A DNA stretch of 64,000 nt from Ascidiella aspersa (taxonomy: Eukaryota): positions 9,610,001-9,674,000 of the forward strand of contig OZ004612.1 in assembly GCA_963924565.1 (NCBI GenBank), in the 5' to 3' direction. The position numbers and the translations under genes were made by a program. The notes below the pieces were generated by a model, which saw only the letters and a list, made by a program, of their open reading frames with translations, had not been told where the DNA came from and did no database searches. Below, piece after piece: positions 24,603-36,600 of this stretch (positions are counted from its first letter, which is position 1; each line of letters opens with the position of its first letter).

Positions 24603-27600
24603 ATGTTTGCTGGAACCAGAAGAACTCCAAAGTCAGGCAGCACTGCCACTTCCAATCCTCACAGCCTGTCAAAATCTGCAACAAAACCACTGAAGAACAC
24701 AGGAATGTCACTGTCATCATCTGCTGGTAAGAAATTTCAAAACTTGTTCATTTTGCTAATTTTGGGGAGAAGGAAAGTATGTCGTTGAAAATGAAAATGT
24801 AATATATAATTATGTTGTTTAGTTTACATTTTAGATTTGCAATGTAGATTATAATAAACTAATTGTTTGGGGACCTTTTAAACTCAATTATTGTTTTATT
24901 TTAGTCCTAATTTTTATATTAATCTGTATGTTATATAAAAAGTACATAGCTTTCGTGTACAATTTAATTCTAAAGTATAAGGTCAGAGCATAAGGGTTCT
25001 TTGTTTGGTTATTCAATGAATTATTTAACATTTGGTAGCTACTCTGGCAGTACCCAGCTTCATGCACCTGTTTTCATTTACTATTAGATTTATTCCAAAA
25101 GCCGAACTCCAACACATTACTATATTTTCATTATTTCATTAACCAGAAAATTTGTTTGTTTTTTATTTTTATATAATTTTGGTTTCAAACCAACCAGGTA
25201 TTTTTTTCCATTGGCATTAAAGTTTTATGTAAATTAGCTAGTTGGTCAAATATGGCTATTCTTATAGACACTGTATGGTAGTATGGCAGAATGCTGATGA
25301 CTTGTCTTTCTTTTTTAAAGATTATTTTAAATAAAACGAAGTTTAAAACCCATGGCTGTTTTTACATCAATTCAATCTTATAATTTTTGAGAGCTTGAAT
25401 ATGTATAAATTATAAGTATTTTAGCTCTTAGATGATAATTGCTTTATTATTTCCTTGTTCATTGCCAAACATGGCAAGGTTTATACTTGTTAGGCAAATA
25501 CAGCATTTAACTTTAGGAGCGCAAAAAAAAAACAAAGAAATTTGGCCAATAATGCTTATCAACAAGAGGCTTTTAGTATTATTGATTTACGATTAAAAGA
25601 CTACTCCATGATACGTGAACACTAGTTCACACCAAGCCAAGCGATTTCATTGCCTTACCCAAAAGGGTCATTGAAGTGTGCGTCATGTCTGGCTAAAACG
25701 CTGGCACTGAGTGGTTTCCTTAATTTTGTCAATCAAATGGTCTGAATGAGCCAAACAACGTCACTAACAGGAAATTTAAGTTCATTGACTTTTTTAAACA
25801 TTATATTTTGTACTTATATAGGTACATTGGCTTCTAATTTGTTCTGAGTTTTAAATATTACAGCATATTACACTTTTAGGCATAAAAATATACTTTTAGT
25901 GTGCAACACAAAAATCAAAATATTTTGCCCACATAAATAGTTGTAATATCTCTATTTATATAATATATATTTATAATACAGCCACTTTACTTTTTAGCTC
26001 GCAGCCAAAGTCAAGAAGATTTGACCAAGTCCCGTCCAACTCGTAGCAAATACAATGGAGGTGACTTCTAATTCTGAATTTTTCACTAAATATATACTTG
26101 CAAATTTATGTGCTAAATTAAAAAAATGTATTCTCAGAAGTGTTGCTGCAACAATAGAAGTAACTGTGACTTCAAAATCGCTTCTTAAGTATTTAGAGTT
26201 TTAGACTAACCATTTGTTAGCTTACTGAATTTGAAAAAAAATAAAAAGCATTCGCCAAGCACAGAGATTTTCTTCATTAAATTGTCATTGTTATAAGTAT
26301 ATCAATAATATTGAAGACATTTGCAGATCACTTAATATAATACTTTTTAGACCCTGCTTCCATAGACCCCACACCCAAGTAAACAGCATCTTGGCTAGTG
26401 CACTGTGATTTGTTTAAACATGATTCTACTAAAAATTCTACCAAAATCTTTTGAATTTTATAAATAAGGACAGTAATTAAGTGCACTGTGTTCTGTGTAA
26501 ACATAATTCAACTAAAAATTCCAGGACAATAATAAATTTGACATTATTTACCAAGTTAACAACAGCTTCTGCATTTTGTATTTGTATAGTTTTAGAGTGA
26601 CTCAAATGTGTAAAGACACAAAAGCACTTTGTGTGATTGTTTTTGTGAACTTTCACCAAAACTAAAAGAACAAAAGAATTATGTTATGTGGCATTGAACA
26701 ATGACATAACTAAAATGTCTGGATTTTATTTTTCAATAAATAAAACAAAGCCATTTAGGCATGCTCTTTTTTGAAGAATGAGACACTCCATGCTGTGTTA
26801 TTGTCCCTGTTTCTTTCCAGTTAACCATTGTCATTTTTATCAGAGTCTGTTTGCAGTGTTATGCATTAGCTGTCAGTGGTAATTATTTAGTGTAGCTGTC
26901 TTTGAAGCAATAATAATGGTTGCTATTTATTTATATTATGTTGAGTTTATACAATTTTTCAGATATTTGTGTAGCAAACTATGTGCTATGATATTTGTTG
27001 CCCGATTTATTCCTTATTGGAAATCACTAATATATATTTAACTGAATAGTTGAACTAGCTGCTAGTTTTGGTTGTATAATTATGTTGTTTAGTTTACATT
27101 TTAGATTTGCAATGTAGATTATAATAAACTAATTCAGAAGATATTCTAGAATAGTAGGTTTCGAATCTAGAATAACGAATCCAGAATAGCGATCCTAGTA
27201 TATTTTTATTAAATTATTTAATCTTGATTTTGTTTGGGGAAGGGATGAATCTTAATCTACCCTACAGGGCCCACAATCACAGCAATAAATCGCCCAAACA
27301 ATTTTCTAACATGTGTACATTATAATAAAAAAACTCTCTCATATGTTTAACATTCTTAACAACTGTCATTTATCGCTAGACGCAGTAATTGGCCGAAAAA
27401 ACGCTGACACTGCACTACCAGGTTACATTTAAAGCAAGCACTGTAAATTGGTCGCCGCAGCGACAGGCCAACTTTCCACACGCGTTTGTGCAATTAGGCG
27501 CAACAATCCGCGGTAAAACATTAAATTATATCGGTTCCAATTACCCGAAATAAACGGCAGAATTGGATTCGAATTCAAGGATTCCATATTCTACTTTTAA

Positions 27601-30600
27601 CATCCCTAGTCGTAAGCCCAAAAACCGTGCGCAATTTCGTTTGCGCCTTGCAATCGAAATACATGTCCACCAAGTTTCGTCCCTCGCGTACGTTTAAACG
27701 CTCGAACACCCCAACGCCCTCGTCATACTCGTCAAAACTTCCTGTCAGGGGCATCACATAGCGGTTCCGCTGCTCTATGCGCGGGAACACGGCTCTCTAT
27801 AATATAATAAAATTTGCCTTTCGGTCTTTAACGCACCGCACGTAGGAAAGATGGTCGATCGCGCTGTCTAGTTAGGCTTCTGACCACAGTGGTTCTGGTG
27901 AAGGAAAGTAGATCGGGCCGCACTGTTTAAGCTGTCTCGTTAGGTTACTGACGCCGGTAGTGGGCTGATGAAAGCTGCTGGTTTGCTTTGGTTGGTTGCT
28001 AAGGCGTGTTGAGAGTGGGCCGTGGAGCTGCGTGGGGGGCGGCTCTGAAACGAAATGTATTGAGGTGAATACACATTCCTGTTGCAGTTCGAAAGTTAAA
28101 CTGCAGACCAGAGAGGCACCGTTTACCAAGTTTACTCAAGGGTTTGAGTTTTACTATAAATGCTGGTCTACAGCAGTGGACACTTGTAAATTAGCATTAA
28201 ACTGTTTTATTGTATTCGATTACGCAGGAGTATGTTTTGTGATCTGGTCTACTAATCTAAACGTTTGAATTGTTAAAGTCGTTCTTTTGAAGCAAAAGCA
28301 AACGGGCTACATGTACTGCCAATTTTTAATTTTGTATGGAAACGGCACAAGAAAATAGCAATACAAGAAACTACAATGAATTCCTGTGGTAAGTAATCGT
28401 TTCGCTCAATTTTTACCCCGGCCTCTTTTCAACCGATATTATCTCCTGAAATCTGCGTCAGTGTGCATTTAAATGCGTCCTCCGTTGAAGTGCATGTTTT
28501 ACATTTTTCGCTGTTGTGTATAAGCGATCCTTAGCGTCTAATTGACGGGCCAAGTTTTTATTGTTGTGTACAATTAGTCTCAGGAAAAGTGCAATTAGTC
28601 AGGACTTTTACTTAGACATAAACCCAATATTTGCAAAGATTCGCAACACTAAACACTGGCTTTAATTTAATTTATTTCTACTATAGTTTTTCCCACGCCT
28701 GCATACTCTTACCAAAGTGGTCTTTGATATATCAGATTTATCAAAGTTTGCAGCGGCATCGACGTATTGTGCCTTTGCTGTGTCTTGAAACGTCGTTAGA
28801 TTTTCTGCGTCATTTCGCTGTACCGCTTGTGGTGCTAAAGAGCAACGGTCGAATGTTTGACCTTGACAAAACTTTCTTAAACTAGTTGCTTCGTAGTAAG
28901 TATTTAGCGGTCTTTCTGTTAGCTCAGTTATTATGTCAAGCATAGATATTGTACTGATCGCCTAATTTACTGTATAATGGAATGATTTCAGATTTGCATC
29001 AAAAAACAAAAAGATATGTTATATTTCTGATATTTCAAAATATTGACCTTTTGCTACGTATAGAATTGTTTTATTTTAAACGTCTTTCCATTTTAACAAA
29101 AAATGGATTTTGGTGCTAAAAGGATTTTGGTTAAAAGAAAACTATGATTGACCAATGAATATCGTAATACTTACCTTTCTCTTCTTCGGCGAGTTTACTT
29201 TTTGCCCTTCAAGTTTGAAATGTGACTATCCGCATGGATTTGTAGACACTTACATTACACTCACGGTCCTTGATCTTCCGCCTACATAAAACGGCTGGAT
29301 TGCTTTGGGCACCAGGAGATTTCTGTCCGCGTTTCGTTTCATTGGCACTTCAAATCTTCGCGGTGTGTGGCGGTGAGAAAATGGGTTTTCTGCCGTCGTT
29401 TGATTCGGAGTCTGGTGAACCCGCAGCGCGATTTTAGGCACTTCGTAAAACGATAATCCTGCACTGCACTTAGTTTGCGTTTATGCCGCTATTTACACGA
29501 TCGAGCTATGGTTCTTCGCCACTTGACCATTCGTGTTTGATGTTCAGGTTTAAACCTGTAAACCTTCCAAGAAAACGGGGATGATTATTTTTTGCTGCAA
29601 TTTCATCGAGTTTAACGATAGACAGTGTCTCAATGTGACCGTTCTACCTAGCAAGTGTCATTTACGCTTTAACACAATGAAAAACTCCTGGTGATTGGCC
29701 GAACTTGTAATGTTACGAGGACATGTTAGCAAATTCAAGAAGACGGGGTTTTTTTGCTGCAATTTCATCGAGTTTAGCGATAGATAGCCTCTCAATGCGA
29801 CCGCTCTACCTAAAGTGTCATTTAAGCTTTAACACAATGAAAAACTCCTGGTGATTGGCCGAACGTAATGTTCGAGGACATATTACTAATTTTGCTGCAT
29901 GTGAATTTCGGCAAAACGGCAATGTCACACAAATAAAAGCCCTGTTTTTATAGGATTTGCAGTTCTTTAAGGCCCGTTTACACTACAGCTGCACTGAGCT
30001 GCGCTGGGCGTAAAAATCGCTCCAAACGTAACGTGTTTCTATAGCTGCACTGGGCTTGAGTTTTGCAAAGCGTGAAAATCGCTCCAAAGCGTATTTTTAA
30101 GCTAGCTGCAGCTGCTGCACAGGGCTTGAGTTTAGCAAAGCTTGAAACGCTCGCCACAATAGAATTTAAATGCAAATTACGCTTTGCTCAGCTCAGTGCA
30201 GCTGTAGTGTAAACGGGCCTTTAAGGATAGCTTGTGACAAACCAGCTGGAGTACTTGATGTATTGTTTCCCAAAATTTTAAACTTGTAATGCTACTCGAG
30301 TAGTTAATAGACTATTGTTGCTTTCTCTAAGGAATCTCTTTAAGACAGGATTGACGGGTCAAACTTGTAACTTAAACGTTTGCTTCGTTTTCCAAACTTT
30401 AACATCAATTTGTTTACCAACCCTACTACTTTTGAAAAGTAAAACAAACAAAAAAGTTTTCCTAAATCCAATCGTCCACTTGTTGTTTTCGGGCAGTACC
30501 CTGATGTTGTTTTGACGTTTAAAAAAACACGCCAATTTACATCGCTTTTAGAAAAGAGAAAACGCTTATTTCATCTGGTGTATTTTACCCTTCACTGCCC

Positions 30601-33600
30601 TTACAGTCGGAAGTCTGCGGATAGAAACCTCAAACAGCCTTCGTCACGCACATGTGCCTTCAGTTCAGCTTCCTAATCAGGCAAAACGCAAACAAGCCCA
30701 AGGTATACGGGTTTGCCTGAGAAAGTGCCTTTTTCGTCAGTTGTTGTGCGTTGGGAAGTTTTTGACACGCGTCAAAGTCTGGAACAATGCGTCTCCTTGT
30801 CAGGTGTATTCCGGCACACGTAGGAAAGAAGATAAGAAATACGCCCGGCGCCTTCGCATGGCTGTGCACTGATAAAGCACGCCTTGCCGAAAAGTTGCCT
30901 CAAACAATAAATCACTAAAATACACACGACAAACGTTACAAAAAAATCCGTTACTTCGCACACCTTTGAATAGTATTTTTTTCCGCATTAGGTGTTTATT
31001 TCCATTCTGATCCATGTTTCGATTTTACCGCTAGAAAGATACTTTTTTGGCAAGGTGCTTTAATAGTTTTAGAAGTCTTTTTCTGTTTGTCGTGTGTACA
31101 ACTAGTCAAATCAAACAAATCAATGTTTCGCCAAAATTGTTTAAATCTGTTAAATATTGGAACCTAACAGTATCGTAGTTATAATTTGCTTTTATTATTT
31201 CGGCTACTTCTCCTTACCGATGTGGAGTGCGAGCCATGGAATCAACATGGGTATATTTTTGGACTATTCCTGTTGAAGTAACACTGACCAACTATTACGG
31301 CATATTCAGTTGCCGTGCTTGAAGGGCAACCCTGATTAAGTGATTTCGGTAAAGGCCTTCCGGAGGCACCGAAGATTTTAATTGACCTTTAATTAATGTC
31401 GAATATAGTCCAAGAAACTACTATATTGACATTATACAAGGTAAATTTGCCCCAAAATCTGTCCAGATTTGCCGTCTGGACAACGAAGTGTCGACAAACT
31501 CTAGTCTCTTAATTCGTCAAACTTTCACAGGCCCCAAAACACTTTCACTGAACCCAGCGCCTGCATTACTCAACAGTAACCAAAACGGTGTCGGGTTCCA
31601 AATGCATAGACGTAAGCACCAAAAGGCCACGCCGATGTTCATAACCTCCCGTCCCGCGTCAACGTACACAAGCAAGCGGCAACCACCGCTGCGCTTATAC
31701 GGTCAAGAAGAAGGGCGCCCAAAGGCCCACGCGGCCGCCACACGTCACAGAGATGGAGCGAACTGCCGACGCCGCCGTCGCTTTCACGCTGTTTTGGCAA
31801 AAGACAAAGTCGCAGCGGCCAACCTACAGACAGGCGCGCGCGCGTCAACGTCGAAAGTGATTTCTTCGCGGGTTCGTCTTGCCCCGTTGCGCCGCGCTGT
31901 TTTGCCCGCCGAGAGGCGTTTGGCGTTATTAATGCAGCAGTCGGAAACTTCGCCTTCGGTGTTGCGACTTGTGCGCGGTAGACGATAGTCCGAGTGGGCA
32001 GATGCTGCGATAGGCTGCGAAATTCGACGATAAATTCGACGCGCGCTAGAATTACTTGCTGCTTGCGAGATTTCGATCGTTGCAACGAAAAGGCGTTCGG
32101 CCGTATTTGAGAGCTCCGCTTGCGATAGATTTCTCCCTGATAAATTTGCGATCTTTAAGAAAAAAGGTTTTATGATTGATTCAGACGCAGAATTACTAGA
32201 AATTGAACTAAATTTGGATTTAGGCATGCAATTGTCTTGCACCTAGCAAAATACTTCAAGTCCGTGTACAGCTCAAAAAGTGGATTCAAGTCGCTTGTAA
32301 GTTTCGACGCGTGAGCCATATCGGCAACAAGACTCAGTTTATTTGTTCGGAGATGAAACTCTGATCGACGGTGCTTCGAAGCTTTGTGAAAAGGCCAGGA
32401 ACCTGCCCCACGGGTGGCAGCTCAGACCGAAGATATCAATCTACCGCGCGCCGGATCAAGCCAAAGCTGGATTTTTGGCCGAAGTCGGGACACATTACAA
32501 AAGAGAAAAGGAGCCATGTTTAAGCGCTGTTTCACCCCGAAAACTCTTGGTAAGTAAAACGCGTGACCGGTCGGGGTTGTTGGCTGGTATGATCGATCTG
32601 TTATGTTGTACATGCAGAAGTAGCTCAGGAAGTATATTTCAGACTAGCTTGGTCTAAGTATCTTATTAAACACAGCGGTTACCTTATTTCTTAACTATAA
32701 ACCGGTGTTTCGGTATTGCTGATAGGAGGCCTAGTTTGTGCAATTCGTTTTACTTTCTATGGCAGTGAATGTGAAAGAGGTACTAGAATATTTTTAATGT
32801 ATAACTGCGCGGGCTGCAGGGTCAAACGGAAAAGAACCGTCGTCGAAAGTGGATTGCAGACTTTGACTTCTGTTTGCTGCGAGCCTTTAGGTATTTTACA
32901 AGACTTTCGTGTATCCGAAGTTGTCTGTTTATTTAAGTTGTGATCTTGTCCTCGCCGTGAACCTCAACTATGCTTGATAGACGAACACAGGCCTATCTCA
33001 CAGGTGGCCGTGTTTTGGCCGAATTTGTGCTGTCAATTCGGTTCAATCGTCTTGTGAGGGTAACGCCCACAAAATGCAGCTGTCCAACTGGCACAACAAA
33101 ATAGTCTGTGCTAATAAACAAGCGTTTTTTTTTTTAACTTTGAATTGTTTTAAACTAACGTTTAGGTGCATTAAGAAGCGAATGTCAAACCGGTTTTTCC
33201 AAAGTTTTCATACCACTCTTTGCTTTGTGATATCGCTTCTAAGAATTACCGCATTCCGCCAATTGACCGTTTTCCGAAAACGCGACATAAAAAGCTAAAA
33301 CTTTCCCTTTAGGCCGCTTTGCCCGTATATTTGGAAGTGTGCAATAGTATGAGCTCAGTTTTGCGTATTTATAGCGTTATCGTATAAATTAAAACCGTTC
33401 ATATTAGAATTCCAGGTTTTCCATTTGATAACATTTAAAAAAGGAAATAAAATTAAAAAAATAGTGGCGAAAATGTTTTATAATCACGATTCTGCTTACA
33501 GGTGTAAACTGGCCTAAATTAAGGACTGTATTTAAATCAGGCCTTTACATCTACAATTGCCATGTCCACAACTTTACATTTTACTTAACTGTTAAACTCA

Positions 33601-36600
33601 CGGATCGCCCGGGTTCTAGTCACTTCAGTTTCAACGGCGAAGCATTACCGTGAAATGCAGCGAGACCACGCCAAATGTCAGCGGACGTGTTGGATTGTGC
33701 ATTGAAACTTGAACTGATGCACATCGCGCAAATTGCCCTCGCCCGTGTTTCCTCGTTGTTTGGATTGAGTGCAGGGTGAATGTTATTAGCAAGCAGTTTC
33801 TTGTCGTGATTGTCGTGGTAGTTTTGTGCACCGACTGGGCGGGAATCCTGAGAAGTCAAACTCAGTACACTTGTTATATCCAGAAGCGTAAAATTTCCTG
33901 CCTAAATGTTTTGAAGTTATCTCAGCTCGAAAACATTAATGTATTTGACAATGTTTAGTATCGGTAATTGCAACACAAAGGCGGACTTCTTTTATAAAAC
34001 TTTATATTTTTCTAAATGTTTAAACCTTGAGAATAGCGTATTTAGGAAACATACTTGACATGCCAAGTTTTATTTTTTCACGTCTTTTATACGTAATACT
34101 TTGTGTGAAAATCAAGTGGACCTATTAGCGCGGCCAAATCTTTTTTCTGGAACGCCTAGTTTTATTATAAAAAGTACAAATACATATCTTGCCGTGCTCT
34201 TACTTTTTTACGCCGTTTTACCTCGAAAAATTGACACACCGAACACGTAACATAACATAGCCGTTTTATAACCTTACTATTCAATGAATCTTTTTAACTG
34301 TTTTCATGAGATACGTGGACCGAAAGCAATGCCTTATTCTGGACTTAAAACGACAAGTTGGCAGCACGTTCTTGTGGAGCAACTAGATACCCTGATGTTT
34401 TCAACGCCCTCCCGAATAATGTTTTACACTGGGAATGAACAATGGCGACGAGTCGTTGACTAGCATCCGAAAACAGACCTCTGGATGTAAACTCGACTGT
34501 AGGCTGTTAGTGAGGCTTTTAAATACGGATCAGCGTGTGAAGAAATTTGCTGCGTCGCGCAAACAGTGCTTAAAGCCCTTAATGCAGTAGTAGTTCTCAG
34601 CCGCTAATAGGGATATTATGTCGAAAATAGACGTTGTAATATAAAAAACTCTCATTCAAAATTCGTTTCAACTTTGCACTTACCGTTTTTAGTTTAAATG
34701 AAGAATTTTTACCCCCCTTATTTTAATCTCACATAACGGTAACTGATCGCTGAAAAGTTTTTTAAACAGATTTTTTTCTAGGTCTGTAATACACCATGCA
34801 CTTTTCCTTGAGTTACGACAAAAAAACAGTATTTTTATGGCCAATGTGACGGTAAGCGCCCGTGTAAAATTACTACTGCCAACTTGGTCTGTGGTGTAGC
34901 GCGTGGAGTTCTTAACTGTTCCAAGCATTTGTTTGCATTCCGCGTCGAGTGCTCTGGTTTCGGAGGAATGGTACTGGCGATTAGTAAACCCAACTTAGTA
35001 CAACCCTGTCTATGAGCGATATACAAACCGCGGCGGCTTAGCCACACGGCCAGCGTACACGAAAAATCCATTACTGGCAAAACAGACCGCGCGAAAAGGT
35101 GTTTACCGGTAAAATAGACCCTGAAATTATTTTAACCTGTTTAACGTGGCCGGTTAGTATTGATACTTCACAACGGTTCCGTTTTCCACCCTGTATTTTG
35201 CCATTTTTTGCTGTGTTTGAGGCGGCTATGTAAACCGTTTTAAAGAGGTCCATAAAGCAGGAAATGCAGCTATAGTACGCCTTTAAAATGGTCTTGCAAC
35301 TTGAGTTACGGCAATGGGCGTATTTGTTGAAAGAGTGTGGCGCGCCGCTCGCCAATGACATACAGCGCTATAGATCGTCCGTCAAAGTCATAACTGGGAA
35401 TTGTTGGCGGATTAAAAGCCACTCTCGGTGGCCTGTTCGCCGATGGCTATACGTATACGACATACGTGCTATTCGAAGGCCGTCGCAGTGAACTTCGCTA
35501 ACTTTAGCCGGTTTACGCTTCTGTTGAAAATCAATCTTCTGTTGTGTGTGAACCAAGTCGAATCGTGCCCGAATGAAACTCCATTTGTTGCAGAAAGCAT
35601 GTTGACTGACGCTTCCCATATTTGATTTCGACAAGTTCCTTTGTGGCTTTGGATGCTAGCAAAACGTCATGTCACTGTAAAAACTGTTTTTGAAATGTTG
35701 TTTGTGTTCCTATTGGGATATTGCTAGGTGGTTACTATATGCGTTTGGTTTGTGGCAATGCTTGTGGGATATTTTTTATTTATTTTTAGTATGCGTTTGT
35801 TGGGTGTCAAATGGTGGAAATTTTGTATGAGTAGTTTTAATTATACGCGCTGTCCTACCAAATGTCTTAACTTCTGTTAGCGTTAAATTACAGTATCCCC
35901 AAATCGTGTGCTATTTTTGTTAGGAAAAACAGATAATTCACTTCTATTTTTGGTCAGTTTACTTTACCTACAAGCTCATAATTTCGCTCCCGTTTCAACA
36001 GCTTTTTCTAATGGGATAGAAATGTCCCTAAACGCTCAAATACAGTTTATTCATATTTGTTTGCGGTGATGTTAAAGGGACATAGTGACCATGTCACTGC
36101 ATAAAACGTCGCGCCATAACTATCAAGTGGCCAGTGTGCAAACAGTTGCTTTACGCTTTTACTTTCACCGCCCGGTCAGTCACAGATAGGAAACCGTGGT
36201 CACTTTTGCCCGCCCGCTGACCATTCATACACCGGACCTCGGCTGACATAGCAGCATCGGTGATTGACGTAACAATGGGCTCCTTCCTTGACACGTTTTA
36301 TTGCTTATTTGGCAAACAAAACGCACCGTTTCACGGCCAACCTGGTCGGCATTTCTTCCTAGAATGACACATGGTCAGTGGTGGTTGTAAAAATACATCT
36401 ACGCTGTTCGCCTAAACGGTTGGTCCTAGAATTGAATGCTGTGTGGGCATTTTCCTCGATGTTTAGATGATTTGCAATAAATCGAGAGCATTTTCGGTGC
36501 AGAGGACAGTTATGTTTAAAGTACCTTCTTTACAAATTCAGATAGAATGCCTTTAAAAGTAGAAATCGTTTTACTCGCGAAAAAAGCCTTACGTTTATAG

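Noticed and set aside
27940-27947. TAACCTAA on the minus strand as a telomerase template
   Set aside because: It would template TTAGG rather than the chordate TTAGGG, and no pseudoknot or H/ACA domain is evident.
27965-27990. CTGATGA hammerhead-like core
   Set aside because: The stem after it is not followed by GAAA, so the catalytic core is incomplete.
29168-29175. ATACTTACCT resembling the U1 snRNA 5' end
   Set aside because: No U1 body follows; better explained as a minus-strand donor AG/GTAAGTAT.
31488-32242. Three overlapping 148-166 aa ORFs
   Set aside because: Arg/Ala-rich, non-ATG starts, open on both strands; typical of a GC-rich promoter-like patch, no recognisable domain.
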